Of a DNA stretch of 64,000 nt, positions 18,874-28,086 are shown piece after piece. Under the pieces are notes generated by a model. It worked only from the letters and a program-made list of their open reading frames with translations, searched no databases and was not told the origin of the DNA. This stretch comes from Burkholderiales bacterium. Its GTDB lineage: Bacteria > Pseudomonadota > Gammaproteobacteria > Burkholderiales > CAIKXV01. The stretch spans positions 58,882 through 122,881 of the forward strand of contig JBBRCD010000001.1 in assembly GCA_038205245.1 (NCBI GenBank). Reading direction: 5' to 3'. The translations under genes and the position numbers were made by a program. Each line of letters starts with the position of its first letter. Position 1 is the first letter of the stretch.

Positions 18874-20724
18874 TCAGCCTGCCCCGAACTGCAGCGCCGC
18901 CAGCCGCGCATACAGCGGACTGCTCTCCAGCAACTGCGCATGCGTTCCGATCGCCTGGATGCGGCCCTGGTCGATCACCACAGTGCGATCTGCACTCTGC
19001 ACCGTCGACAGCCGGTGCGCGATGACCAGCACGGTGCGATCCTGCGCAGCGCGATCGATCGCCGCCTTCACATAGGCTTCGCTCTCTGAGTCGAGCGCGC
19101 TGGTCGCCTCGTCCAGCAGCAGGATCGGCGGGTCCTTCAGCAATGCGCGCGCGATCGCGATCCTCTGCCGCTGACCACCGGAGAGGCGCACGCCGCGCTC
19201 GCCCAGTTGCGTTTCGTAACCCTCGGGGAGCCGGGTGACAAACTCTTCGACAGCGGCCATCCGCGCTGCGGAGCGCACTTCAGCATCGGTCGCATCCGGC
19301 ATCCCGTAGCGGATGTTGTCGCGCACGCTGGCAGCAAACACGACGCTGTCCTGGGCCACAACGCCGAGCTGGCTACGCAGCCATTGCAGGTCGAGCGACC
19401 GGATGTCGACGCCATCGATCAGGATACGTCCGCTGGTCACGTCGTAGAAACGCATCAGCAACTGAAACAGCGTCGTCTTGCCGGCGCCCGACGGGCCGAC
19501 GATCGCCACCGTCTCGCCAGGCGCAATATCCAGCGTGACATCGGCGATCGCCTCAGTGTCGGGGCGCGATGGATAGCGGAACCCGACATGCTCGAAGCGC
19601 ACTGCGCCGCGTGCCATCGGTGCTGCCGCCGGCAGCGCGGGTGAAACGATCTCCGAGCGTGCACTCATCAGCTCGAGCAACCGCTCGATCGCGCCAGACG
19701 CGCGCTGCAGCTCGCCCCAGACCTCGGCCAGCGCACTGACCGATCCGGCAGCAACCACCGCATAGAGCACGAAGGCGGCGAGCTGGCCTGGGGTCATGCG
19801 TCCAGCAAGCACGTCCTGCGCACCCAGCCAGAGCACCACCACGATCGAGCCGAACACCAGCACGATCACTGCCAGCAACAAAGACGCGGTCGCCTGCGCG
19901 CGCCGGCGCGCAGTGCCGAACGAGGCTTCGATCGCCTCGCCGAACCGTGAAGACTCGCGTTTCTCCTGGGCGAAGGCCTGCACCGTGGCCACCGCGTTCA
20001 GCGTCTCGCCAGCCAGGGCGGAGGAATCGGCAAGCCGATCCTGGCTGGCGCGTGACAGCTTGCGCACCTGGCGCCCGAAGATCACCAGTGGCAACACCAC
20101 ACCCAGCATCAACAGAAAGATGTAGCTGGCCAGCCGCGGGCTGGTGATCACCAGCATGCCCAGACCACCGATCAGCAGCAAGCCGTTGCGCAGGCCCATC
20201 GAGAAACTGGTGCCCACCGCGGTCTGCACCTGGGTGGTGTCGGCGGTCAGGCGTGACAGGATTTCGCCGCTGCGCATCGTCTCGAAGAACCGCGGCGACA
20301 GCCGGATCACGTTGGAGTAGACCGCCATGCGCAGATCTGCGCTGACCCGTTCGCCGAGCCAGCTCATCAGATAGAAGCGGGTGCCAGTAGCCAGGGCGAG
20401 GATCACCGCCACCACGAACAGGGCGACGAAGTATCCGGTGATACCCCCCTGGTTGTCGCGCGCGAACCCCAGGTCGATCAGGCGCTGGAAGGCGGCCGGT
20501 ATCGTGAGCAGTGCGCCGGCGGCGACCAGAAGCGCCACCATCGCAATAACCACACGGTGACGATAGGGCTGCACGAACGGCCAGAGTTGGACAAGGGGAG
20601 ACAGGCGCACAGGTTCTGCTTTCAGTTCAAGTTCGTCGAGTTCGTAGTCGGCGCCACCGCGGCAGCCTGCTTCATTGTCCGAGGGTGAGCCCGTCCAGCG
20701 CAATGGCAGGTTGTCGCTTGGCAA
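18874..20724 (-). CDS. ABCB-type (MsbA/Atm1-like) fused permease/ATPase exporter
   Basis: Six-helix TMD followed by Walker A 'GPSGAGKTT', signature 'LSGGQRQR' and Walker B 'ILLLDEATS'. The annotated start overlaps the next gene by 53 nt, so the true start may be downstream. Confidence 0.85.
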   Translation of the reverse strand: MPSDNLPLRWTGSPSDNEAGCRGGADYELDELELKAEPVRLSPLVQLWPFVQPYRHRVVIAMVALLVAAGALLTIPAAFQRLIDLGFARDNQGGITGYFVALFVVAVILALATGTRFYLMSWLGERVSADLRMAVYSNVIRLSPRFFETMRSGEILSRLTADTTQVQTAVGTSFSMGLRNGLLLIGGLGMLVITSPRLASYIFLLMLGVVLPLVIFGRQVRKLSRASQDRLADSSALAGETLNAVATVQAFAQEKRESSRFGEAIEASFGTARRRAQATASLLLAVIVLVFGSIVVVLWLGAQDVLAGRMTPGQLAAFVLYAVVAAGSVSALAEVWGELQRASGAIERLLELMSARSEIVSPALPAAAPMARGAVRFEHVGFRYPSRPDTEAIADVTLDIAPGETVAIVGPSGAGKTTLFQLLMRFYDVTSGRILIDGVDIRSLDLQWLRSQLGVVAQDSVVFAASVRDNIRYGMPDATDAEVRSAARMAAVEEFVTRLPEGYETQLGERGVRLSGGQRQRIAIARALLKDPPILLLDEATSALDSESEAYVKAAIDRAAQDRTVLVIAHRLSTVQSADRTVVIDQGRIQAIGTHAQLLESSPLYARLAALQFGAG

Positions 20725-21919
20725 GCAGATCGGTCACCACCTGGGCGCTGCCCATGGCGAGTGTGAAGCCAAGCGCTCCATGGCCAACGTTGAGCAGCAG
20801 ATTATCGTATTGGGTGGCACCGAGCAGCGGCGGGCCTTTTGGCGTCGCCGGCCGCAGCCCGCACCAGGCACGCGCACGCGCATAATCTCCCGCCAGCGGA
20901 AAGCGCGCACTGGCCTGCGCGGATAACAGCGCCACGCGTACCGGATCGGCCACTGCCAGATACCCGGCGATCTCGGCCATACCGGCAACGCGCAGACTCT
21001 CGCCCAGTCGCGCATACACCACCTTCTGCGCAAAGTCGGTCACGCTCACCCGGGGCGCACCTGCGTCGCTCTCGATCGGCAGGGTGAGGCTGTAGCCCTT
21101 CAACGGATACATCGGCAGATGGATGCCGCAGGTGCGCGCCAGCGGCACGCTGCGATTGCCCAGCGCGAGCACATAGGCATCGCCGCTGATCGGGCCGACC
21201 GAGCTGTCGATGGCGACCACCCGTCCGTGCTCGACAATGATGCGCTCGATCGTCGTGCCCAGAGAAAAACGCGCCCCGGCACGAGTGAGCGCCTGCTGCA
21301 GTGAGACACAGAAACGGTAGCAGTCTCCGGCATCCTCGCTCGGCGTGTAGATGCCGCCCACCAGCTGGGCGCGCATGTGCGCCAGTGCAGGCTCGAGTTG
21401 AACGCAGGCATCGGCATCCAGTGCCTGCTGCTCGCAACCCAGGCTCGCCTGGTAGTCGAGCAACCTGCGCGCGGCGTCAAACGATGCCTGCTTCACATGG
21501 ATGACCAGCTTGCCGCTTCGCGAGTAGGCAAAATCGAGCGCCTCGTGCTCGACCAGCGCCCGGGTCAGGGTGCGGCTGTAAAAGGAGAGCGCGAGCAGCT
21601 GCCGTGTGGTGCGCTCGGCCTGTGTGCGGTTGCATGCGAGCAGGAAAGCCAGGCAGAACCGCCATTGCTGCAGGTCCAGCTGCGGCCGGAAGCGCAGCGG
21701 AGAGTCGGCGCGCAGCAGCCAGGGCGGCAACTTGGGCAAAACGCTGGGGTCGGCCAGTGGCGCCACATAGCTGTAGGAGAGCTGACCGCCATTGGCAAAG
21801 CTGGTCTCCAGCGCCACGCCGTCGTTGCGCTCGACGAGGGTCACCTGATGCCCGTCGCGCAGCAGGCACCAGGCGGTAGTCAGACCGATCACACCGGCCC
21901 CGAGGACGACGACATGCAT
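20672..21919 (-). CDS. D-amino-acid dehydrogenase-like FAD oxidoreductase
   Basis: 'MHVVVLGAGVIGLTTAW' at the internal ATG at 21919. DadA/DAO-like length of 415 aa. Confidence 0.8.
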   Translation of the reverse strand: MHVVVLGAGVIGLTTAWCLLRDGHQVTLVERNDGVALETSFANGGQLSYSYVAPLADPSVLPKLPPWLLRADSPLRFRPQLDLQQWRFCLAFLLACNRTQAERTTRQLLALSFYSRTLTRALVEHEALDFAYSRSGKLVIHVKQASFDAARRLLDYQASLGCEQQALDADACVQLEPALAHMRAQLVGGIYTPSEDAGDCYRFCVSLQQALTRAGARFSLGTTIERIIVEHGRVVAIDSSVGPISGDAYVLALGNRSVPLARTCGIHLPMYPLKGYSLTLPIESDAGAPRVSVTDFAQKVVYARLGESLRVAGMAEIAGYLAVADPVRVALLSAQASARFPLAGDYARARAWCGLRPATPKGPPLLGATQYDNLLLNVGHGALGFTLAMGSAQVVTDLLAKRQPAIALDGLTLGQ

Positions 21920-22034
21920 GTGAGTATTGTCCCATAGCGCCGATCGCGCGCCGCAGGCGCAGCGCTTGCGGCACGCGATTGACGCCCACCAGCGCGCCCA
22001 GGACAATATCCGGCCATGCAGACGACCCCAGCCG

Positions 22035-23420
22035 ATGGCACGCCATAAGACGATCCGCATCGGCTGCGGCGCCGGCTTCCAGGGCGACCGGATCGACCCG
22101 GCAGTGATCCTTGCCGCCCAGGGCCGCCTGGACTGGATGGTGCTCGAGTGCCTGGCCGAGCGCACAGTGGCGATGGCGCAGTTGCGCCGGCTGGCCGACC
22201 CGGATCTGGGCTATGACCCGCTGCTGCGGGCAAGAATGCAGGCGCTGCTGCCGCTGCTCAAGCGCAACCGGTTCCGTCTGATCAGCAACCTCGGCGCAGC
22301 CAATCCGCTGGCCGCCGGGCGGCAGGTGATCGCGATCGCCGCCGAGCTCGGACTCAAGCTCAAGGTAGCCGTGGTCACCGGTGACGATGTGCTGGACCGG
22401 CTGGAACCGGGGACAGCCACCCTGGAAACAGGCCAGCCGGTGTGCGAGTTCGGCACGCCGATCTCGGCCAATGCCTACCTGGGTGCCGACGCAATCCTGC
22501 CGGCGATCGCCACCGGCGCCGAGGTGATCATCACCGGGCGGGTCGCCGATCCGTCGATGTTCCTGGCACCGATGATCCGCGAGTTCGGCTGGCCACTCGA
22601 GGCGCCGACGCTGCTCGGCCGGGGCACCGTGATCGGTCATCTGCTCGAATGCGCCGGCCAGTTGACCGGAGGCTATTTCGCCGACCCCGGACGCAAGGCG
22701 GTGCGCGACCTGGCGCATCTTGGCTTTCCGTTTTGCGATGTCGGCGCAGACGGCAACGGCACCCTGGGCAAGGTCGCAGGTACCGGCGGCATGATCACAC
22801 TGGCCACGGTCAAGGAGCAGTTGCTGTACGAGGTCATCGATCCAGGCGCTTATGTCACGCCGGACGTGGTCGCCGACTTCAGCGGCGTCGATCTGATCGA
22901 TATGGGCGAGGACCGGGTGCGCGTCGAGAACGGCACCGGCAGCGCTCGCACTGGCACGCTCAAGGTCAGCGTCGGCTATCGCGCCGGTTATATCGGCGAA
23001 GGCGAGATCTCGTATGCAGGGCCGAACGCGCGTGCGCGCGCCGTGCTGGCCGGGGCAATCATGCACGAGCGCCTGCATCACGATCTGCCGGATGTGCGGA
23101 TCGACCTGATCGGCGTCGACTCCACTCACCGCACTGATTTCGGCCATCCGCATGATCCCTATGAGGTCCGGTTGCGGGTGGCGGCCAGCGGCAGCACCAG
23201 AGAACTGGCCGAACGCGTCGGGCTGGAAGTCGAGGCCTTGTACACCAACGGTCCGGCCGGTGGCGGTGGGGCGCGCAAGTTCATCAGTGAGCGCGTGGGC
23301 ATCGTATCGACCCTGATGCCCAGAGACCAGGTTACGACCGGCGTCGTGCGCATGTCGACCGACCGGCAGTTACCGCAGGCCGCAGCGATCAGCCCGCCAC
23401 CGACCCCGGGGCGCACGTGA
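22035..23420 (+). CDS. AtuA-like (DUF1446) family protein
   Basis: 'IRIGCGAGFQGDRIDPA...ECLAERT' is characteristic of DUF1446. ATG at 22035. Confidence 0.8.
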   Translation: MARHKTIRIGCGAGFQGDRIDPAVILAAQGRLDWMVLECLAERTVAMAQLRRLADPDLGYDPLLRARMQALLPLLKRNRFRLISNLGAANPLAAGRQVIAIAAELGLKLKVAVVTGDDVLDRLEPGTATLETGQPVCEFGTPISANAYLGADAILPAIATGAEVIITGRVADPSMFLAPMIREFGWPLEAPTLLGRGTVIGHLLECAGQLTGGYFADPGRKAVRDLAHLGFPFCDVGADGNGTLGKVAGTGGMITLATVKEQLLYEVIDPGAYVTPDVVADFSGVDLIDMGEDRVRVENGTGSARTGTLKVSVGYRAGYIGEGEISYAGPNARARAVLAGAIMHERLHHDLPDVRIDLIGVDSTHRTDFGHPHDPYEVRLRVAASGSTRELAERVGLEVEALYTNGPAGGGGARKFISERVGIVSTLMPRDQVTTGVVRMSTDRQLPQAAAISPPPTPGRT

Positions 23421-23764
23421 TGAGCGCCACGCACCGGATTCTGCATGATCTGGCTCACTGCCGGGCGGGCGACAAGGGCGACACCTCGATTCTGTCGCTG
23501 ATCGCCTATCGCGCCGACGATTTCCCGCTGCTGGTAAAGCAGGTGACCGCCGAAGCGGTCGCGTCGCACCTGAAGGACATCGTGCGCGGTGAGGTGACCC
23601 GCCATGTGCTGCCCAAGCTGTGCGCGCTGCAGTTCGTCTGCGAGCACGCTCTTGGCACCGGCGTGACCACCTCGACCGCGCTAGACACCCATGGCAAGGC
23701 ACTGTCGTTCGCACTTCTCGCCATGCCGATAGAGTTGTCGGAAGACCAACCAGGAAGCCCTTGA
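23417..23764 (+). CDS. DUF4387-like small partner of AtuA-like protein
   Basis: 115 aa with 'HCRAGDKGDTSILSLI'. 4-nt overlap with the upstream gene, which is the usual paired arrangement. Confidence 0.7.
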   Translation: MMSATHRILHDLAHCRAGDKGDTSILSLIAYRADDFPLLVKQVTAEAVASHLKDIVRGEVTRHVLPKLCALQFVCEHALGTGVTTSTALDTHGKALSFALLAMPIELSEDQPGSP

Positions 23765-23997
23765 TGATGCTGGTCACGCCGCGCCTCGCGTTTGCCGCGA
23801 TGCTGCCTGCCGCAGTTGCCGCTGTTGCAGAACTGAAGAAGATCGTCGACACACCCGCCCTGCGCGAACAGTTCGCAGCCCGGGCGATCGAGTTCCAGTG
23901 GGGCGATGCGGCGGACGTCAGCGCACTCGTCAAGAAGGATTTCGCGCGCTCGGCCGAAGTGACCCGTAACGGCAAGATCAGGGTCGACCCGCTCTAG
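23764..23997 (+). pseudogene. Mini-Bug: signal peptide fused to the last ~55 aa of a Bug/TctC protein (internal-deletion remnant)
   Basis: 'MMLVTPRLAFAAMLPAAVAAVA' is followed directly by the Bug C-terminal tail 'PALREQFAARAIEF...VSALVKKDFARSAEVTRNGKIRV'. The ATG overlaps the DUF4387 stop. Confidence 0.45.
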
Positions 23998-24063
23998 CAG
24001 TTCGTTGAAACGCTGTTGCACGGAAGCGGGAGCAGTCCCCATGCCGCGTCTGTGCCCTGGCCG

Positions 24064-25083
24064 TTACTCGAGCCTGGCTCCGCTCTCCTTCACCAGCTTC
24101 GCCCACTTGACCATGTCCGCGAGCATGTATTGGCGGAACGCCTCCGGCGTATTGCCCACCGGCTCGGAGCCGTCAGCGATGATCCGCTCGCGCACGTCCG
24201 GCTGGTTCAGGATCCGGATCAGTTCGCCGTTGAGCTTGGCTACCAGCGCCTTGGGCATCTTCGCCGGGCCGGCGATGCCGTACCAGCCGACCAGTTCGAA
24301 GCCAGGCAGCGCTTCGGAGACCGCCGGATAGTCCGGCAGCGCGGCGACGCGCTTCGGGTTGGACACCGCGATCGCTCGCAGCTTGCCGGCACGCACCAGA
24401 TTCTGCGCGGCCTGGATGCCGGCGAAGTTGTACTGGTACTGCCCGCCGAGCAGATCAGCCAGCGCCGGGCCGGAGCCCTTGTACGGAATATGCTGCGCCT
24501 TCACGCCAGCCATCAGGTTAAAAAGCTCGCCAGCCAGATGCCCGCCGCTGCCGATACCGGCAGAGCCGAAGTTGAGACCACCCTTGAAGCTGCGTGTCCA
24601 GTCGACGAACTCCTTCAGCGTTTTTGGCGGACTCGCCGGGTTGACCACCAGCAGCAATCCGGCCGCGGTGAGCTGGCTGATCGGCGTGAAGTCGTTCACC
24701 GGGTGATAGGGCAGCTTGCTGTTCAATGCTGCAGTGATCGTGTGCTGGTGATAGACCAGCAGCAGCGTGTAGCCATCCGGGGCCGCGCGTGCGGTCATCT
24801 CGCCGGCGTTGACCCCGGAGGCGCTCGCCCGGTTGTCGACCAGCACCTGCTGCTTCAACGACTCGGTCATTCGTGCCGCGAACAATCGTGCGAGGATGTC
24901 GGTGGTACCGCCCGGGGCAGCCGGCGTGATCAGCCTTATCGCGCGGTTCGGATAGTCGTCCTGCGCGAGCGCGGGGTTGGCCGCCACTGACCCGGTCAGC
25001 GCGGCCACCGCGAGCATCGACTTCAAGGCCACCCGCCACACCTGCCCGGCGGCCGGACGCGATTCATTCGGAATCGAAACCAT
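24064..25083 (-). CDS. Bug/TctC family substrate-binding protein
   Basis: 'YPNRAIRLITPAAPGGTTD' and C-terminal 'PEAFRQYMLADMVKWAKLVK'. GGAGGA lies 6-7 nt upstream of the ATG at 25083. Confidence 0.85.
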   Translation of the reverse strand: MVSIPNESRPAAGQVWRVALKSMLAVAALTGSVAANPALAQDDYPNRAIRLITPAAPGGTTDILARLFAARMTESLKQQVLVDNRASASGVNAGEMTARAAPDGYTLLLVYHQHTITAALNSKLPYHPVNDFTPISQLTAAGLLLVVNPASPPKTLKEFVDWTRSFKGGLNFGSAGIGSGGHLAGELFNLMAGVKAQHIPYKGSGPALADLLGGQYQYNFAGIQAAQNLVRAGKLRAIAVSNPKRVAALPDYPAVSEALPGFELVGWYGIAGPAKMPKALVAKLNGELIRILNQPDVRERIIADGSEPVGNTPEAFRQYMLADMVKWAKLVKESGARLE

Positions 25084-25199
25084 GCTGTCTCCTCCTTTTG
25101 GGTTGCCGGGGTGCTGTGCCGCACCTTTTCCGGATGGGCGGTCTGCGATGGCGACCCACCCTGTGGTGCCCGGCGCCGTCATGGACCGGCCTTCTCTGC

Positions 25200-25697
25200 C
25201 TACTTCAACTTCGACATGATCTGCTCGAGATAGCCCAGTATCAGCGCCGAAACGACGAACCCGAGATGAATGATGGTTGCCTATATCAGCTGGTTGTTAG
25301 TGTACTGCGGCAGGTTCAGAAAGATCTGCAGCAGGTGTATCGAAGAGATCGCCACGATAGAGGAGGCGACCTTGATCTTCAGGCTGCCGGCGTTGAGCTT
25401 GCCCGGAAAAGACACGTCCTCGCCGCCCGGGTCAAAACGGCTGACGAAGTTCTCGTAGCTGGAGACCATGACCATCACGAGCAGGCTGGCCACCAGCGCC
25501 GAATCGATCAGCGCCAGCATCGCCAGGATCATCTCATTGTCGCTCATGGTGAAGGCCAAGGCCGCGATCTTGCTGAACTCGTAGAGAAACGAGACCGCGT
25601 AAACCGCCAGTGCCGCCGCCAGCCCCAGCAGGAACACGACCAGTATCCAGCGACTGGCAAGGAGGATGCGCTCGACCATCAGTTCCAGCGATTTCAT
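25200..25697 (-). pseudogene. yqhA: YqhA/UPF0114 family membrane protein interrupted by one in-frame TAG
   Basis: 'ASRW...LLVMVMVSSYENFVS...VAISSIHLL' is YqhA-like. The ORF stops at TAG (25281-25283), but the same frame continues as 'ATIIHLGFVVSALILGYLEQIMSKLK' to the stop at 25200-25202, which is the conserved last helix. Confidence 0.7.
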
Positions 25698-25717
25698 GCG
25701 ATTCGGCCCCAATCAAC

Positions 25718-25773
25718 GCGTACCATCCGACGCGTACCATCTGGCGCATATCATCCGACGCATACCATCCGAC
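25718..25773. repeat. 14-bp tandem repeat x4 (GCGTACCATCCGAC-like)
   Basis: Read directly: gcgtaccatccgac / gcgtaccatctggc / gcatatcatccgac / gcataccatccgac. The array begins about 20 nt upstream of the yqhA start. Confidence 0.9.
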
Positions 25774-25793
25774 GCTTGACCCTGCGCGCCCGG

Positions 25794-25870
25794 CACCTGA
25801 GCCCTGCACCTGAGCCCTGCATCTGAGCCCCGCATCTGAGCCCCGCATCTGAGCCCCGCACCTCAGCCCG
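25794..25870. repeat. 13-bp tandem repeat x6 (CA[C/T]CTGAGCCC[T/C]G)
   Basis: Read directly: cacctgagccctg x2, catctgagccccg x3, cacctcagcccg x1. It lies in the divergent yqhA/ylqF intergenic region. Confidence 0.9.
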
Positions 25871-25994
25871 CATGATACTGAAAACCCCGACGCATCCCGC
25901 CAATGTCGGGTCGGTGGACAATAACCTCGGGCAGATCACCCTCTGCGTATTAAAACCTGCGCCGGCGCTGCCGGCTCACCGCGAAGCGAACACG

Positions 25995-26915
25995 ATGTCT
26001 ATCGGATGGTTCCCCGGCCATATGGCCAGCGCCCGCAAGAAGGCGGCGGAGACGCTGGCGAAGATCGACGTCGTGGTCGAGGTGATGGACGCGCGGCTGC
26101 CCGGTGCCAGCAGCAATCCGATGATCGAGGCGCTGCGTCGGCACCGGCAACGGCCGAGCCTGAAAGTACTGAACAAGGCCGACGCGGCCGATCCGGAGGC
26201 GACCGCCGCCTGGATGCGTCATCTGGTGGCGGCCACTGCCCGGGGCGACAAGGTGCAGGCGGTGGCGCTGTCCTGCCGCAAGGCGTCCGATGTGGCACGC
26301 GTCCCTCGTCTGGCCTTGGCGCTGGCGCCGCATCGCGACAGCGCTCTGAAGCCGTTGCGCCTTATGGTGATGGGCATTCCGAACGTCGGCAAGTCGACCC
26401 TGATCAACGCGCTGGCCAAGCGGCGGGTCGCCAATGTCGGCGACGAACCGGCGATCACCAAGAGCCAGCAGCGGATCGACATCAACGAGCAGCTGGTGCT
26501 GTTCGACACCCCGGGGCTGCTCTGGCCGCTGATCGAGCATCCGTCTGATGGCCTGATGCTGGCGGCGAGCCATGCCATCGGCATCAACGCCTACATCGAC
26601 GAAGAGGTGGCGAACTTCCTGGGCGAGACGCTGATCGCACGCTACCCGGCGCTGCTCGCGGCGCGCTACCGCTGCGATCCGGCCGGGCTCGACGGCCCGG
26701 ACCTGATCGATGCCATAGCACTGCGGCGGAGCTATGTATTGAAGGGCGGCGTTCCCGACCGGGAGAAGGCCGCGATCACCCTGCTCACCGACTATCGCAG
26801 TGGTGCGCTCGGGCGGATCAGCCTGGAGACGCCGGCGAGTCGTGCAGCGATGCTGGCCGCACCCGCGGATAAGCCCGCGGTGGTCGAGCCAGATCAGCCC
26901 GCCACCGGGGACTGA
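25995..26915 (+). CDS. ylqF: Ribosome biogenesis GTPase YlqF/RbgA (circularly permuted GTPase)
   Basis: 'WFPGHMASARKK' is present. 'VLNKADAAD' (G4) precedes 'GIPNVGKSTLINAL' (G1), showing the permuted motif order. ATG at 25995. Confidence 0.85.
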   Translation: MSIGWFPGHMASARKKAAETLAKIDVVVEVMDARLPGASSNPMIEALRRHRQRPSLKVLNKADAADPEATAAWMRHLVAATARGDKVQAVALSCRKASDVARVPRLALALAPHRDSALKPLRLMVMGIPNVGKSTLINALAKRRVANVGDEPAITKSQQRIDINEQLVLFDTPGLLWPLIEHPSDGLMLAASHAIGINAYIDEEVANFLGETLIARYPALLAARYRCDPAGLDGPDLIDAIALRRSYVLKGGVPDREKAAITLLTDYRSGALGRISLETPASRAAMLAAPADKPAVVEPDQPATGD

Positions 26916-27575
26916 TCCGCATCAACGGTCAATCAGCGGCGAACAACCGGCCGAGGTCGACCGGGAACGTACTGGTCGCGGACACACCATCGGTCCGGTG
27001 AATCTCGACAGTCGCCGTCTTCGGCTCCACGATCCACGCCTCATGTGCGCCGGCCCGAAGATAGCTCTGTGCCTTCTCGCGCAGTTCGCGCAACGAATCG
27101 TTCGGTGAGACTACCTCGATGCAGATCTCCGGAGCAGCGCGCAGAGCGACCTGCTCGGGATGCTGCTGCAGAAACACGTCGCTGCACCAGACGACGTCCG
27201 GCCCGCGCAGACCGATGTCGGTGATCATCCCGACCTCGACCATGCAGTGTCCGCCCAGTGCGTCCTCGACCAGTCGGACAAGTCTCGCCGCCGTCAGTCC
27301 ATGAGGCATAACTACCGGGGGATTCACCAGCACCTCTCCGAACTCGTTCAGCTCCACCCTGCCCGGATGGTCTCGATACGCCGGTACGTTCCATATCTCG
27401 CTCAGGCGGCGTTCCAGCCCGGCGGCATCGAGTGGCGCCGGTTTCTCACCACCGGAGACGGCGGACACACTGGGCGAACTATTCACGGTTGCACCTCATC
27501 GTTGCACCTCGATAGCCGGTCCAGGCGAACAGAATCACGCTAGAGTAAGGCAGATGCGCGTGCCAGAACAACCGG
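26671..27575. repeat. Left copy of long diverged direct repeat (ylqF 3' end + intact Uma2 + downstream)
   Basis: It aligns by eye with 32660-33065 at roughly 80-85% identity where both copies are present. The right copy lacks two internal blocks. Confidence 0.75.
26929..27486 (-). CDS. Uma2 (DUF820) family putative endonuclease
   Basis: 185 aa. '...PDVVWCSDVFLQQHPE...APEICIEVVSPNDSLRELREKAQSYLRAGAHEAWIVEP' matches the PD-(D/E)xK Uma2 pattern. Confidence 0.8.
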   Translation of the reverse strand: MNSSPSVSAVSGGEKPAPLDAAGLERRLSEIWNVPAYRDHPGRVELNEFGEVLVNPPVVMPHGLTAARLVRLVEDALGGHCMVEVGMITDIGLRGPDVVWCSDVFLQQHPEQVALRAAPEICIEVVSPNDSLRELREKAQSYLRAGAHEAWIVEPKTATVEIHRTDGVSATSTFPVDLGRLFAAD

Positions 27576-27618
27576 CGGGGTCAAGGGGTTGGTCGATCCG
27601 GTGTGACGCTGACAGAGG

Positions 27619-28086
27619 TCAAGCTGCCAAAGGTAGGCTCAGCAAACCCTTGACCGGCCGTTCAACCGCGTTGCTGTGAGGATACTTACGTACTAAATCT
27701 AACATTCCTCCAGGGCCGTGGTAGACAGCCTCATCGATCGACCATTCACCGTGCTCACCACGGCGCGAAGCAGCGAAGGCTATGGCGCATTTACCACGGT
27801 CTCCATTGATGACCATGACAAACCGAGCTGTGCTGTACGGCTTTGACATTCTGAAACCGAACCTTCCGATCCCTAGCCTCGTTGACCGTACATTCCCAAT
27901 GGCCAATGTTATTGCCGCATGATCCATTGCGTATCGTTCGGCGCTCTCATATGCGCCACTCTTTGCGATCACGAGATACGCGGTAAATGTTAATGCCAGT
28001 AAAAGCGCTAGAGCAATAGAGCCATGCCACCATAGTGGGTAACCGGCAACTTCTTTAGTGAAGAGTGACTTCGATTCCGAGGCCAT
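27619..28086 (-). CDS. Candidate Rhs immunity protein, single-pass membrane protein
   Basis: The ATG at 28086 lies inside the last 10 codons of the Rhs gene (32-nt overlap) with GGGGA upstream. TM helix 'WWHGSIALALLLALTFTAYLVIA' is followed by a ~110-aa domain. This is the most AT-rich stretch of the window. No family recognised. Confidence 0.5.
   Translation of the reverse strand: MASESKSLFTKEVAGYPLWWHGSIALALLLALTFTAYLVIAKSGAYESAERYAMDHAAITLAIGNVRSTRLGIGRFGFRMSKPYSTARFVMVINGDRGKCAIAFAASRRGEHGEWSIDEAVYHGPGGMLDLVRKYPHSNAVERPVKGLLSLPLAA

Noticed and set aside
25281-25283. Pyrrolysine or programmed amber recoding of the in-frame TAGs
   Set aside because: No pyl genes or suppressor tRNA are visible in the window, and the lineage is not known for Pyl. 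One TAG replaces a codon that is a single transition away (TGG). Simple nonsense mutation or base-call error is much more likely. It is kept only as a low-priority cross-check.
25794-25870. Possible CRISPR array
   Set aside because: The 13-bp units are directly adjacent with no spacers. They are far shorter than CRISPR repeats, and no cas genes are present.
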